From: Alphaproteobacteria bacterium
GTDB lineage: Bacteria > Pseudomonadota > Alphaproteobacteria > Rs-D84
Reading direction: 5' to 3'
DNA: 64,000 nt
Assembly: GCA_046881825.1 (NCBI GenBank)
Contig: JBKSMS010000010.1
Span: forward strand, 12,924-76,923
The first letter of the stretch is position 1. Each line of letters opens with the position of its first letter. A model generated the notes under the pieces. That model had not been told where the DNA came from. It saw only the letters and a program-made list of their open reading frames with translations, and searched no databases. The position numbers were made by a program, and so were the translations under genes. This document shows, piece after piece, positions 30,513-40,372 of the stretch.

Positions 30513-30896
30513 TTACTTTTTTTCAACTAAGCCTCTGTCACTCCATCTTGAAAATAATTTTTTTATTTCTAACACATCGTCATTAGATCTGCTCAATTTT
30601 TGTGCCGATGTAAAATCACCGAAATCCATAAGTTCCATATGCAGCTTGCCGCCGGAATCTCGATAAATTGCAAAATTATGCCATATATCATTATGTATAA
30701 GTCCGTTGTTATTCATATTTTGTATTTCACTTAATATTGTATTTTGTTCTTCGATAGTAATTGGTTTGTTTCTCAAACACTCAAGTATTTCTGCATCCTT
30801 CCTAAGCTCATCAACACTATCTACATGCGTGGCTTCCATAATAAAATATTGTGTATCTGGTGTTCTTGGCAATGTTATTTCAGGATGAGCATCCAT
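30513..30896 (-). pseudogene. Fragment of a protein-kinase-like (APH/Kdo-kinase type) gene, likely a pseudogene
   Basis: GLIHNDIWHNFAI...MELMDFGD (catalytic loop and DFG) in only 127 aa. Frame decay appears downstream. Confidence 0.4.
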
Positions 30897-31061
30897 AAAT
30901 GCTTTCAGTACTGTTTGATCGTCCCATCAGCAGAAACAGATGTTTTCTATTTTTTCAACTTTCGAACTAGGTGAAAGTGTTGTCTTACAAAAGAAAACGT
31001 GCACTTAAGGGCAAGTTTTGAAACTGTGATTATGGTCGGCCAGTATAACGCAAACCTTTTA

Positions 31062-31631
31062 TTATGAATTGTAAAGCAGTTGTTTTATCCAAGAAATCAA
31101 ATTAAATCTTTGTTTTTCTTGTTTTATATATTTGGGTGGAATAATGCCTTTTCTAAGCACAATCATATAATGTCGTACTGCGCCATATAGCAATTCATTT
31201 TTTATATCAACCTTTTCCCATGTTAAAGGCGATGTATCAATTTCATTTGGCTTAACTTTATAAAAATAGTTGTCGCACCCTTTGTGTATATGCAGTTTTC
31301 GACCTTTTTTTGCCAAATCGTCCCGACACCATATTGATTCTACAAGGCCGTTTTTGATTAAGTCGTCCAGTTCAAAAGAAAACAAGATAGAACTTTTTAC
31401 CATTTTTTTCAGAATTGGGTCATTTCCACGCCATTTCACCGGTTCGGTTAAACAAGAAATGCTTCTGCTGCGCCCAGGAAATGTTTTGTCCATCCATGCA
31501 ATAACATCTTTGCGTTTGTTTGATTTTACGTATGATGAATATCGTTTTAGGTCTGTTGGATGCTTTGCGTATGAAAATAAACCATTGGTCAATATAGTGT
31601 TATTCTTTGGGGCATAGTGATACAGTTTCAT
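31062..31631 (-). CDS. Hypothetical protein (island cargo)
   Basis: 189-aa ORF. Confidence 0.4.
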   Translation of the reverse strand: MKLYHYAPKNNTILTNGLFSYAKHPTDLKRYSSYVKSNKRKDVIAWMDKTFPGRSRSISCLTEPVKWRGNDPILKKMVKSSILFSFELDDLIKNGLVESIWCRDDLAKKGRKLHIHKGCDNYFYKVKPNEIDTSPLTWEKVDIKNELLYGAVRHYMIVLRKGIIPPKYIKQEKQRFNLISWIKQLLYNS

Positions 31632-31672
31632 TTTGATTCCTTATAGTAAATATAATAGCAAATTGTGACGAA

Positions 31673-31850
31673 TTTTTACCAGTTAAAAACTTTACATAGA
31701 AAAATGGTTAAAAAATGGCAGAAATGTGAGTGGTGTAGCTGTTTTTAGGTAAGTGCTTTTTGTATTTAATCTGATTAACGCTTATGGACAATTTTACATA
31801 TACCAGACATAGAAAATTGGTGTGCTGTGGGAAGTGGCGGATTTCTGCGG
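31673..31850. repeat. Island repeat copy R2, immediately 5' of the 189-aa gene. Followed by tRNA fragment no. 3.
   Basis: Matches the R1/R4 core but lacks the 25-nt ttgtatatggatgatttaagatgggt segment. Confidence 0.8.
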
Positions 31851-31883
31851 AGTTCGTGTGGAAAAATATTTATGCGCTGAAAT

Positions 31884-31928
31884 ATCATAATCCTTTGGTC
31901 GGGGGTCCGAATCCCTCCGCTGCTACCA
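31884..31928 (+). repeat. Partial tRNA(CAT) copy no. 3 (anticodon loop to CCA, 45/45 nt identical)
   Basis: atcataatcctttggtcgggggtccgaatccctccgctgctacca is identical to tRNA positions 32-76. A terminator hairpin follows at 31936-31965. Confidence 0.85.
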
Positions 31929-32071
31929 AAAATTCAACCCCGATTTATTCGGGGTTTAATTTTTGATATAGTCGCGAGTGGATGAGGACCCCGGGTCCGA
32001 CAACAAGTAGATTTTGGAAGTGAAACGCACCAAAATCGTTACGGTTGCCCCGCAGACACGAAGTGTTGAGG

Positions 32072-32091
32072 GAATCCCTCCGCCGCTACCA
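32072..32091 (+). repeat. Partial tRNA(CAT) 3'-end copy no. 4 (19/20 nt), followed by a hairpin terminator
   Basis: gaatccctccgccgctacca; cccgg-tgtt-ccggg + T6 at 32098-32118. Confidence 0.7.
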
Positions 32092-32456
32092 GAATTTCCC
32101 GGTGTTCCGGGATTTTTTATTTAACAAAAATTTCCCGATTTCGCCCGAATTTATCAGTTTTAGCAGATATATTTACATGCGTAATCCTTTTGCTTGCTTT
32201 ACACTATGAATTATAAAGGGGAATACACAGAAAGTCGCGGCAAAAGGCTGCGAACGATGACAAAGGTTTACAAAGGGGTATGACTCTTTACAAAAGTGAT
32301 ATAAATGTATTTAAAAGTTTTTCATATGAACAATAAAATAGTACTTGATTTTTTGTATCCATTTGGATACAATACGGATGTATAATAAACCAAAAAGGAT
32401 TAAGATGAAAAGAAGGGGCGTAGAGGCTGGACGTTATCAGTCGGGAGAAAAACAAA

Positions 32457-32750
32457 ATGGTAATCATAGAAACAATAGAATACAGTAAATGGTTTGATAA
32501 ATTAAAAGACGGAAAAGCAAAGGCAAAGATAGGTGTTCGGGTTCGGCGCATCGCGGCACAGGATCACTTTGGTGATTTTAAACCGGTTGGTGATGGGATT
32601 TGTGAATTGCGTATAGATTACGGTCCTGGATATAGAATTTATTATACACAGCGTGGTGAAGAGATTGTCTTGCTGTTGATCGGGGGCGATAAGTCAACGC
32701 AGCAATCAGATATAAAAAAGGCTAAACAAATTTTGGCAAACTACCAGTAG
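32457..32750 (+). CDS. Type II toxin-antitoxin toxin, RelE/HigB-like ('addiction module killer', COG3657-type)
   Basis: 97 aa, IEYSKWFDKL...GDGICELRIDYGPGYRIYY pattern. It comes first of a pair with an HTH antidote gene. Confidence 0.7.
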   Translation: MVIIETIEYSKWFDKLKDGKAKAKIGVRVRRIAAQDHFGDFKPVGDGICELRIDYGPGYRIYYTQRGEEIVLLLIGGDKSTQQSDIKKAKQILANYQ

Positions 32751-32804
32751 CAATAAATACTACTGCGTTAGCAAAACAAAAAATATTACTCAAAGGAGTA
32801 AGGA

Positions 32805-33122
32805 ATGAAAAACGTAAAAAAGGCGACAGAATGGAATATTCTTGATCACCTTAAAACAGAAGAAGATATCGCTAACTATCTAGAGGCTGCATTAGAAGAA
32901 AATGATATAGAATTTTTCTTAATTGCTCTTGGTGATGTTGCAAAAGCACGTAGCATAAATAAGATAGCAAAAGAAATAGGGGTAGGACGCGAATCTTTGT
33001 ATAAAAGTTTCTCTGGCGCACGTCGTCCAAATGTAGAAACTGTTTTTAAAGCAATAGATGCGTTAGGTTTAAAAGTTAATTTTACACCTAAAAGTACATA
33101 TAATCAAAGTGTAGCAGCATAA
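32805..33122 (+). CDS. HigA-family antitoxin (XRE-type HTH 'addiction module antidote')
   Basis: 105 aa, LGDVAKARSINKIAKEIGVGRESLYKSFSG HTH. It lies immediately downstream of the toxin and is followed by a terminator at 33126-33150. Confidence 0.7.
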   Translation: MKNVKKATEWNILDHLKTEEDIANYLEAALEENDIEFFLIALGDVAKARSINKIAKEIGVGRESLYKSFSGARRPNVETVFKAIDALGLKVNFTPKSTYNQSVAA

Positions 33123-33207
33123 TATACCGCCCGTTTTGGGCGGTTTTTTGTATATTGTGTTTATGATTAAATTCTGATACTATTATACCTGTATAAAGAG
33201 GTGTATT

Positions 33208-33990
33208 ATGAAGATTCCCGCAAAGTTTATAAAAAGAGCAAATGAACAATTAAAAAAGTATCAGGTTATTGTTAGAAAATTAAAAAGACAAGAAGTTAAT
33301 GAGACGGATACAGTTAAAGTTATTAACGATATTTTTGCGGATCTTTTTGGATATGATAAATATACCGAAATAACTAGTGAATATGCAATTCGTGGAACCT
33401 TTTGTGATTTGGCAATAAAGCAACAAAGTGGTAAGATTTACATGTTAGTAGAAGCAAAAGGGGTGTCTATTCCTTTAAAAGAAAATCATATTAAACAGGC
33501 TACAGATTACGGTGTTAATCATGGAACAAAGTGGGTTGTATTAACAAATTCTGTAGATTGGAAGGTTTATAAAATTAAATACAGTCAACCAATAGAACGA
33601 GAATTGGTTTTTGAATTCAATTTATTAGACATGGATTTAAAAAAAGAAAAACAACTTGAGGTTGTTTTTGCTCTTAGTAAAGAAGGTCAGGATCTTTCTG
33701 TAATAGATGAGATTTATTCAAATAATCAAGTGAAAAATAAGTATGTCCTTGCGGGGTTGATAGATAGTCCTGAGATATATAAGCTTATAAAAAAACAAAT
33801 AAAGCTGTATTTTGAAAATAGTATCAAAATAACAGATGAAGAGATTTCTAATTTTATAAAGTTTGATATATTTAAGCGAGAGGTTTGGGATAGTGATGAG
33901 GCGAAAGAATATCAAAAGGTTTTGAAAAAGATGATTAAAAAAGCGGAAAAAAAGAAACAGTTATCTGTTGCAAAACAAGATGTGCAATAA
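33208..33990 (+). CDS. PD-(D/E)xK nuclease-fold protein (HsdR-N-terminal-domain-like) with a K-rich tail
   Basis: CDLAIKQQSGKIYMLVEAKG fits D...(hydrophobic)E.K. 260 aa. Confidence 0.45.
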   Translation: MKIPAKFIKRANEQLKKYQVIVRKLKRQEVNETDTVKVINDIFADLFGYDKYTEITSEYAIRGTFCDLAIKQQSGKIYMLVEAKGVSIPLKENHIKQATDYGVNHGTKWVVLTNSVDWKVYKIKYSQPIERELVFEFNLLDMDLKKEKQLEVVFALSKEGQDLSVIDEIYSNNQVKNKYVLAGLIDSPEIYKLIKKQIKLYFENSIKITDEEISNFIKFDIFKREVWDSDEAKEYQKVLKKMIKKAEKKKQLSVAKQDVQ

Positions 33991-34028
33991 AATAATATAA
34001 AAATAAATGAGCGCCATACGGCGCTCAT

Positions 34029-37000
34029 TTATTTACTCTCTTGTTCTATAAACTTTTTTAATTTAATAACTTCCCTATCTTTTGATCTAAACCAACTTGT
34101 TGACCATATTCTATAGAATTTATATCCATAGCTTTCTAGAATTTTTTGACGCTGCATATCTTCTGCAAACGCTTCTTCAGAGCCATGATATGCTTTCCCG
34201 TCACATTCCAGAGCTATATCCTTGCCGCCAACTTTCAACAAAAAGTCAAGTCTATATCCCCCAACTTTGTATTGAGGCTTAATAGCATCTTGTGGCAGTA
34301 TTTTTAATAACTCTTCATACACTTCTTCTTCAAATGGCGATTCTGTTAATCCTTCAGCGGAACTATTTGTATCACGTCTAGGTGTTTCATAAGAGTATTC
34401 TTTTATCGTTTTTAAAACAGTATCTACTGTTGCAAGATCGCCAAGTGCATGTGCTTTCACATAGGCTAAGTAAGCATAAAATACAGCTATGCGGTTGTTT
34501 TCCTGCTTTTCTTCTAATCTGGATTTATAGTCAGCAAATTTCATCTCTGGAATTGAGGTCACTAAAAACAGTTGCTGTTTTGCTCGTGTTATAAGTACAT
34601 TAAGCAGCCTATATCCTTCATCCCTATTTATAACAAACTGTTCTTTAAACTTACCGTCATGAGCAGGTCCGTATGTTGTGGAAATAATGATAATATCTCT
34701 TTCGTCACCTTGGATATTTTCTAGATTCTTTACAAACAAAGGATCTTTATGTTGTTCCAGTTCTGCATATATCTTGGCGAATTCTGTATCTTCTGCTGCA
34801 ACCTCATGTAACATCAATTTAATTAAATTGCGTTGCTGCACATTAAATGTTGCAATACCAACAGATGGCAGTTTCCCAGGATACATGGTAGGCAATGCTT
34901 TTATTATCTCAATAACTTTATATGCCTCCTTTTCATTCATTCTATCTGCATACACACCATCAACATGGTAATATGTAAATGGGGTATTTGTAGCAATGCG
35001 TGCAGGCAATGGACACAAATTACAGCCATAAAAAGCGCAATTTGAAAACTCAATCAATGCAGGATGCTTACTTCTGTAATGGAAATCTAAATAAGAAGCA
35101 AATTCTTTGACATTTTTAAAGCCCTCTGCGTATTCAAGTAAAGATTCTGAGTCAAGTGGCGCTAAATCAAAACCGTCGCCATCACCATCGTTCCCATCAA
35201 CGTTCCCTCCATCCATATTTTTTGCAAACCAGTTAGACGGAGGCATCTGATGTTTATCTCCTGCTATGATTTTATATTGTCCACGTATCATTGAGGTGTA
35301 AACATCTTCTATTCTTAACTGACTGGCCTCATCAAATATTACCAGATTAAACAGCCCCTGTTTTAATGGAAGCAAGGCATTCGCAACAATTGGGTTAACC
35401 ATTATTACGGGGAATAAATCAGTAAATGCGTCAAACTCTTTGTCAATAATTTGTCTCAAAGACAGTTTCTTAGCGTATTTTCCTCTTTTTAATGCAAACA
35501 ATGTTTTGAAACCATATTTACTATCCAGGGTCGCAATTGCATTTTCTCGTTCATAATACCAGGTTTTAAAGATTTTTTTCGTATTATTCTTTTGTAGTTT
35601 TATAAACAACTCTCTCAATGAGGCCAATTCTGGCTCTTTTGCAGATGTTAAAAACTGTTTCTTTGTCTTTTTGGCATGATTTAACAAGAAGTAATAATAA
35701 TAAACAGCTTGGAATAAATCTTCCCAATAAGAATCATCTTGCTCAAGCAAAAGAGAATCAAACAATACTACATCTCTTTTATACTCTTGTAGCCATGAAA
35801 CATATATTTCTAACTCATCAAGTTTATCTAACAACGAAACTAGCTTTGTCTTAATTTTTTCCGCACACTCTTTGGCACCTTGGGTTGTTCTATAATCAAA
35901 ATCCTTTGCTACAACACCATTAAAACTATTAGCAACAGTATCCTTTACCTCTTCGTAAATCTGTTGGCCTGCCACTATAGAGTTTAATATATTGTGCAGA
36001 TTATCTACTTCAGATACACGTTCTTTAAGCTTATTTTGTATATCTTCTAGTTCTAATGCCAGATTTTTCTGTCGTGCATGCAAATCCGCGCTTATATCAT
36101 TTACATTGCTTTCAATATCAGCTAAATGAGATCTGATATGTTCATAAATTAGATTTTGAGTATTTTTGGTTTGAATAGAAACGTTTTCTGCTTCTTTCTT
36201 GATCGATAGCAGGGCAGCACTTTCACAGTCATTATACGAACAAAAATCTCCATATTTTGTTGTATACTCATCTATTTTTCTTAACAACTGCTTGTAATTC
36301 TTACGTACTTTTTTTGCATATTTATGACTTTCTGAAAGCTTTTTAGAGAAAAGCCTTGTTACAATATTTGAATTATAAGCATTAAAATCTTCCCCAAGTA
36401 TTTCAATTCCTTCTGCAAAAGCCTCTTGAATATCTTCTACATCATCCAAAATAGAATAGAGTCTTCTAAGCTTATCCTTAGCATTTTCATCTAACTGCAT
36501 ACTTTCGCATTTGCAATTAAATCTTCTGGCAACAGTAAGTATATCTTCACATAACGCTCCTGCGCTTTTAATCCAATCAGCCAGATTATCTTTACTTTCT
36601 GTTATTATATTGTGTTTATTTTGCAATTCGCTTAATTTTACCTGACATTCGCGCATAGCATTATCAAAATGTTGTACACTTTGAATTTTTCCTTTATCTA
36701 CAATTTGTAGCAAATCAATATCCTTGCCACAAGACTTTGAAACGATAGATAGTTGATTGTTTATTTCGGCAATCATATCAACAAATTCTTGTTTTTTACC
36801 TACACTCAATAATTTTGAAGCGTTTGTGGAGTTTGCCTTTATTTCATTACAAATCCCCAAGGACTTGGATAGTTTATCAGTCTTGGTATACATGGATGTT
36901 GTGCCAATATCTAAGATTGTATTATCAATAAAGTTGATAAGCTTATTGATATGCTTTACGGCAACATCTATATTCTTTTCAATCAAAATTTTTCCACTAA

Positions 37001-38606
37001 CAGATAAATCGATTTCTTTATCCAAATTAAACAAGTCAAACGAGGTTATATCTATATGCTTGCAGGCGGAATGTGTTTCTGCCCCACGTTTGACCAAATT
37101 ACAATAATTTACAAATTCTGCAGAATTAAATTCCCAACCTGTGGCTACATGCTCCAGATTATCTCTAATTGATGCAAAGGCATCACGTTTGGATTTCTTT
37201 AAGAACAAACCAATCAAATCAGACCATGTTTTTTGTTCAAAAATAGGTTCGCTAGAAGCTTTGTATGAAGCGTTAATAGAATCTCTTAATCTATTAAAAT
37301 TTTCTTGATCTCTTTCAAACTCCACTTCATTAAATGCTTTGGTCGGATTGTATTGCTGTAAAGCACGTGCTTTGTCGACCACAGCTCTGCGGTCTTTGTT
37401 AACATCATCAACAACTATACAAAAAGTGTCTAAACCCTTTTCCGACAAATTGTGTTTCAAGACGTCTAATGCAGTTTTCTTCTCACAGACAACCAATGTC
37501 TTGGCACCATTTGCCAGTGCGTTAGAAATGATCGCTGAGATTGCCTGACTCTTACCTGTCCCCGGAGGCCCTTGAATAATCTTAAACTCATTGTCATTTA
37601 GAGTTCTTATTATTTCTTCTTGACTAGGATCTGTATCAAAGGAAGCCTCAGATGAAGTAGAAAAACGCTCTAATTCCATATCTTCCGCATTAAACTGATC
37701 TATATTTTTTTGTAATTCTAAAACGGATTCTATAATGGTTTCTTTTTGTGAACGAAAAAGCCCAAAGACCCCAGACCACTGAACAAAACCATTACCAGAG
37801 CATAATTTTTCCAAATGCTCTTTTGTGCCAACAGGTTCCAATTTCAGAGACAGATCGTCAAATTTTATATTCAATTTCTTCAATATATCCTTCAGATACT
37901 TTTGTATTTCATTTTCTTGAAGTACCCCATCGTCAATATCTTCTATATCCAGGCGTTCCAATTGAAGTTTTTCTGAATTTTCAATGTACGACATTAAAAT
38001 TTCATTCATTTTGATTGGACTATCTTCGTTTTTTGAAATAATCCACTCATTTTTACGGTTAGACTTTCTGATATCCAGCGACCACAAGAACAAAGGAGCT
38101 ACGATAGTCTTTTTTTCATCTTTCTTGTCTGGCAATACCAGCAATGGATACCCAAAGGCAAAATTTTTCAGTCCGGTATCAATAAAAGAATCTTCGTTAT
38201 CTATAGCCATAGAATCTAGGCGCTTTCCAACGATAACAAGCCTGTCTTTTATTTCTGCATCCATACGGGTTAATTTCTTGTCTTCCCAAGAAAATCGGAA
38301 ATCAAATTTATCTTTAGTCAATAGAGTTTCTAAAAACTTCTTTGCATATGTATCTTTTTTTGTTTTTGATGTGTCAGAAAACAAATTTAAATCTGGTTCT
38401 ACGTTGGCTATAGATAAGTCGCATAAATCTAATCTGTTTTTTAGTCGACCAGGCACAGCCATCAAATGTATTGGCGTACGTCCAACCAAGCCTGTTAATT
38501 TCTTATAAATGCCTTCCAAAAACTTTTTATCAAATTTTATTTGTGACTTCATGATAAACTCCGACACTATTTCTTTAATTATACAATATATATTCCTAAT
38601 AATCAA
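34029..38606 (-). CDS. Giant (1525 aa) Upf1-like SF1 helicase with an N-terminal DUF4011-like region and a C-terminal DUF559/Vsr-like endonuclease domain. Defense-island type.
   Basis: Walker A GPPGTGKS, DEASQ (motif II), GDKHQMPP (motif III), ITRAK (motif VI), and a C-terminal GGYRLDF...ECDG.AYHG..E....D..R...L...G restriction-endonuclease-like patch. Confidence 0.85.
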   Translation of the reverse strand: MIIRNIYCIIKEIVSEFIMKSQIKFDKKFLEGIYKKLTGLVGRTPIHLMAVPGRLKNRLDLCDLSIANVEPDLNLFSDTSKTKKDTYAKKFLETLLTKDKFDFRFSWEDKKLTRMDAEIKDRLVIVGKRLDSMAIDNEDSFIDTGLKNFAFGYPLLVLPDKKDEKKTIVAPLFLWSLDIRKSNRKNEWIISKNEDSPIKMNEILMSYIENSEKLQLERLDIEDIDDGVLQENEIQKYLKDILKKLNIKFDDLSLKLEPVGTKEHLEKLCSGNGFVQWSGVFGLFRSQKETIIESVLELQKNIDQFNAEDMELERFSTSSEASFDTDPSQEEIIRTLNDNEFKIIQGPPGTGKSQAISAIISNALANGAKTLVVCEKKTALDVLKHNLSEKGLDTFCIVVDDVNKDRRAVVDKARALQQYNPTKAFNEVEFERDQENFNRLRDSINASYKASSEPIFEQKTWSDLIGLFLKKSKRDAFASIRDNLEHVATGWEFNSAEFVNYCNLVKRGAETHSACKHIDITSFDLFNLDKEIDLSVSGKILIEKNIDVAVKHINKLINFIDNTILDIGTTSMYTKTDKLSKSLGICNEIKANSTNASKLLSVGKKQEFVDMIAEINNQLSIVSKSCGKDIDLLQIVDKGKIQSVQHFDNAMRECQVKLSELQNKHNIITESKDNLADWIKSAGALCEDILTVARRFNCKCESMQLDENAKDKLRRLYSILDDVEDIQEAFAEGIEILGEDFNAYNSNIVTRLFSKKLSESHKYAKKVRKNYKQLLRKIDEYTTKYGDFCSYNDCESAALLSIKKEAENVSIQTKNTQNLIYEHIRSHLADIESNVNDISADLHARQKNLALELEDIQNKLKERVSEVDNLHNILNSIVAGQQIYEEVKDTVANSFNGVVAKDFDYRTTQGAKECAEKIKTKLVSLLDKLDELEIYVSWLQEYKRDVVLFDSLLLEQDDSYWEDLFQAVYYYYFLLNHAKKTKKQFLTSAKEPELASLRELFIKLQKNNTKKIFKTWYYERENAIATLDSKYGFKTLFALKRGKYAKKLSLRQIIDKEFDAFTDLFPVIMVNPIVANALLPLKQGLFNLVIFDEASQLRIEDVYTSMIRGQYKIIAGDKHQMPPSNWFAKNMDGGNVDGNDGDGDGFDLAPLDSESLLEYAEGFKNVKEFASYLDFHYRSKHPALIEFSNCAFYGCNLCPLPARIATNTPFTYYHVDGVYADRMNEKEAYKVIEIIKALPTMYPGKLPSVGIATFNVQQRNLIKLMLHEVAAEDTEFAKIYAELEQHKDPLFVKNLENIQGDERDIIIISTTYGPAHDGKFKEQFVINRDEGYRLLNVLITRAKQQLFLVTSIPEMKFADYKSRLEEKQENNRIAVFYAYLAYVKAHALGDLATVDTVLKTIKEYSYETPRRDTNSSAEGLTESPFEEEVYEELLKILPQDAIKPQYKVGGYRLDFLLKVGGKDIALECDGKAYHGSEEAFAEDMQRQKILESYGYKFYRIWSTSWFRSKDREVIKLKKFIEQESK

Positions 38607-38649
38607 TTATTCCAGGCTAGGTTAATGAAACTGTATATATTTGTATTTG

Positions 38650-38795
38650 GTATGATTAAGTAGGGGTAAAAACTTTACATAGAAAAATGGTTAAAAAATG
38701 GCGGAAATGTGAGTGGTGTAGCGGTTTTTAGGTAAGTGCTTTTTGTATTTAATCTGATTAACGCTTATGGACAATTTTACATATACTGGACATAA
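38650..38795. repeat. Island repeat copy R3 (truncated), immediately 5' of the giant helicase start
   Basis: Shares ...gggtaaaaactttacatagaaaaatggttaaaaaatggcggaaatgtgagtggtgtagcggtttttaggtaagtgctttttgtatttaatctgattaacgcttatggacaattttacatatactggacata with R2. Confidence 0.8.
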
Positions 38796-38808
38796 TGTTG
38801 GACATGTT

Positions 38809-39888
38809 TTAATAGTCGAATGCCTGTTGTGCTTGTGCCCTTTTTAACTCGTCCATACTGAACGGTCTTTGTTGAACTTGTTTGCCAAGTTCTTCTGTTG
38901 CTGAACGCAATGATTCTGTTCTACGTTCACGTTCTATTCCGCGTTTCTCTTCTATTATTTCTTGCAATTCTTCGGGAGGCAGTTCTTGTTCTTCTGGGGT
39001 TAGGTCGGATAATATTTTTAATTCACGTTCTATTTGTTTGTGCACGCCAGGTGACCAGTATTTTTCGTTTGCTACCTGTGCCAAGAATTTTTTTGCATCT
39101 TCAAGTGAAACGCGACTGGCTTTTTCCAGAAATACTTCGTGGTCAGTAAAAGGTTTGTCCAGTTTCGCCCTAATCATATATGGTTCGCCATTTCTGAACG
39201 TCATCAAATGTTTGAACGATTTGCCAACTTGGAAATCGTCTTTGGAAATTCTTTTTGTAAACTCACCTTTGGGAAAGGTGGGGTTTCTTGGTTCTATTAT
39301 AATCCAATCACCATTATTTAGTTTTACACAAGGAACTGTGTGCCCTGAACGGCCGTTCAGCAAATGGTCCCAGACGGTTGTGAACATAAACTTGACGTAT
39401 TGTTTTCGTTCTGAATGTTCTTTTGTAAATTCATCTATAAACGCAACAGCACCATTTGAACAAGATGTTGTGAAGCCATATTTCATAAATATACCTGGTG
39501 TGGCATTTAATTTATTGCGTTTATCGTCATAGTTTTTGAGGTTTTTTTTCAGTTCTTTTTTGGAAAGTTTTGGTATTACTTTTACGATTTCTTTTATTTC
39601 ATCCCCGATTGTTTTTTTAAATTCTGATGGGGTTTTAGCGTGGCTTTTTTCGTTTCTTTGAATTTTTTTGAATAAAACACACCAAATAAATACATCAAGG
39701 TGTTCGAGTGGTTCGTGTTCTGTTTTGCCAGTTTTGTTTAATATATGCTGGTTCGCGGCTGCGATTAACGTAGGCTCTGTTTTTAATGCATCGGTGATAA
39801 GATTTTTTAAACTGCTCAATCCTGTTTTTTTGTCTCTTAACTTGTTTATAGTTTCGTTTATTGCGGATAATCTTTCTTCGTCTGTCAT
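38809..39888 (-). CDS. Hypothetical protein (island cargo)
   Basis: 359-aa ORF with no motif recognised. Confidence 0.45.
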   Translation of the reverse strand: MTDEERLSAINETINKLRDKKTGLSSLKNLITDALKTEPTLIAAANQHILNKTGKTEHEPLEHLDVFIWCVLFKKIQRNEKSHAKTPSEFKKTIGDEIKEIVKVIPKLSKKELKKNLKNYDDKRNKLNATPGIFMKYGFTTSCSNGAVAFIDEFTKEHSERKQYVKFMFTTVWDHLLNGRSGHTVPCVKLNNGDWIIIEPRNPTFPKGEFTKRISKDDFQVGKSFKHLMTFRNGEPYMIRAKLDKPFTDHEVFLEKASRVSLEDAKKFLAQVANEKYWSPGVHKQIERELKILSDLTPEEQELPPEELQEIIEEKRGIERERRTESLRSATEELGKQVQQRPFSMDELKRAQAQQAFDY

Positions 39889-39915
39889 GGTTGCTCCTGA
39901 TGATTTATTTTATTG

Positions 39916-40139
39916 ATATTTTAACACAATTTTGGGATTTTTGCCAGTTGTATATGGATGATTTAAGATGGGTAAAAACTTTACATAGAAAAATGGGGCA
40001 AAAATGGCGGAAATGTGAGTGGTGTAGCGATTTTTGTTTTAGTGAATTTTGTATTTAATATGATTAACGCTTATGGACAATTTTACATATACTGGACATA
40101 GAAAATTGGTGTGCCGGTGAAAGTGGCGGATTTATCCCG
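39916..40139. repeat. Island repeat copy R4, immediately 5' of the 359-aa gene. This is the right end of the island, and no tRNA fragment follows.
   Basis: Near-identical to R1 over about 220 bp. Confidence 0.85.
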
Positions 40140-40372
40140 GTTTTTCGTTCAAGAATTTCTTGACTTTTTGATGTTTGCAGGGCAAAATATCTGCCGTGTG
40201 ACATGCTGATGCGACTGACAACCGCGGAGTGTTATATAAATCTAAAAAGTAAAAAAAGCAGGGTGGCACCGCGCGAAAAAATCTTAGCGCCCCTGTGTTT
40301 TAAGATTTGAATTGGTGCCGCATCCAATAGATTTTTACGGCACCGAAGCAAAAACAAAAAAGGTGTAGTAAA

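Noticed and set aside
40141-40372. GC-rich hairpins upstream of aspS (ggtgccg...cggcacc and others) were considered as a riboswitch or T-box leader
   Set aside because: I could find no conserved T-box or riboswitch motif. It is more likely an ordinary structured 5'-UTR, or the right boundary scar of the island. It is left unannotated.
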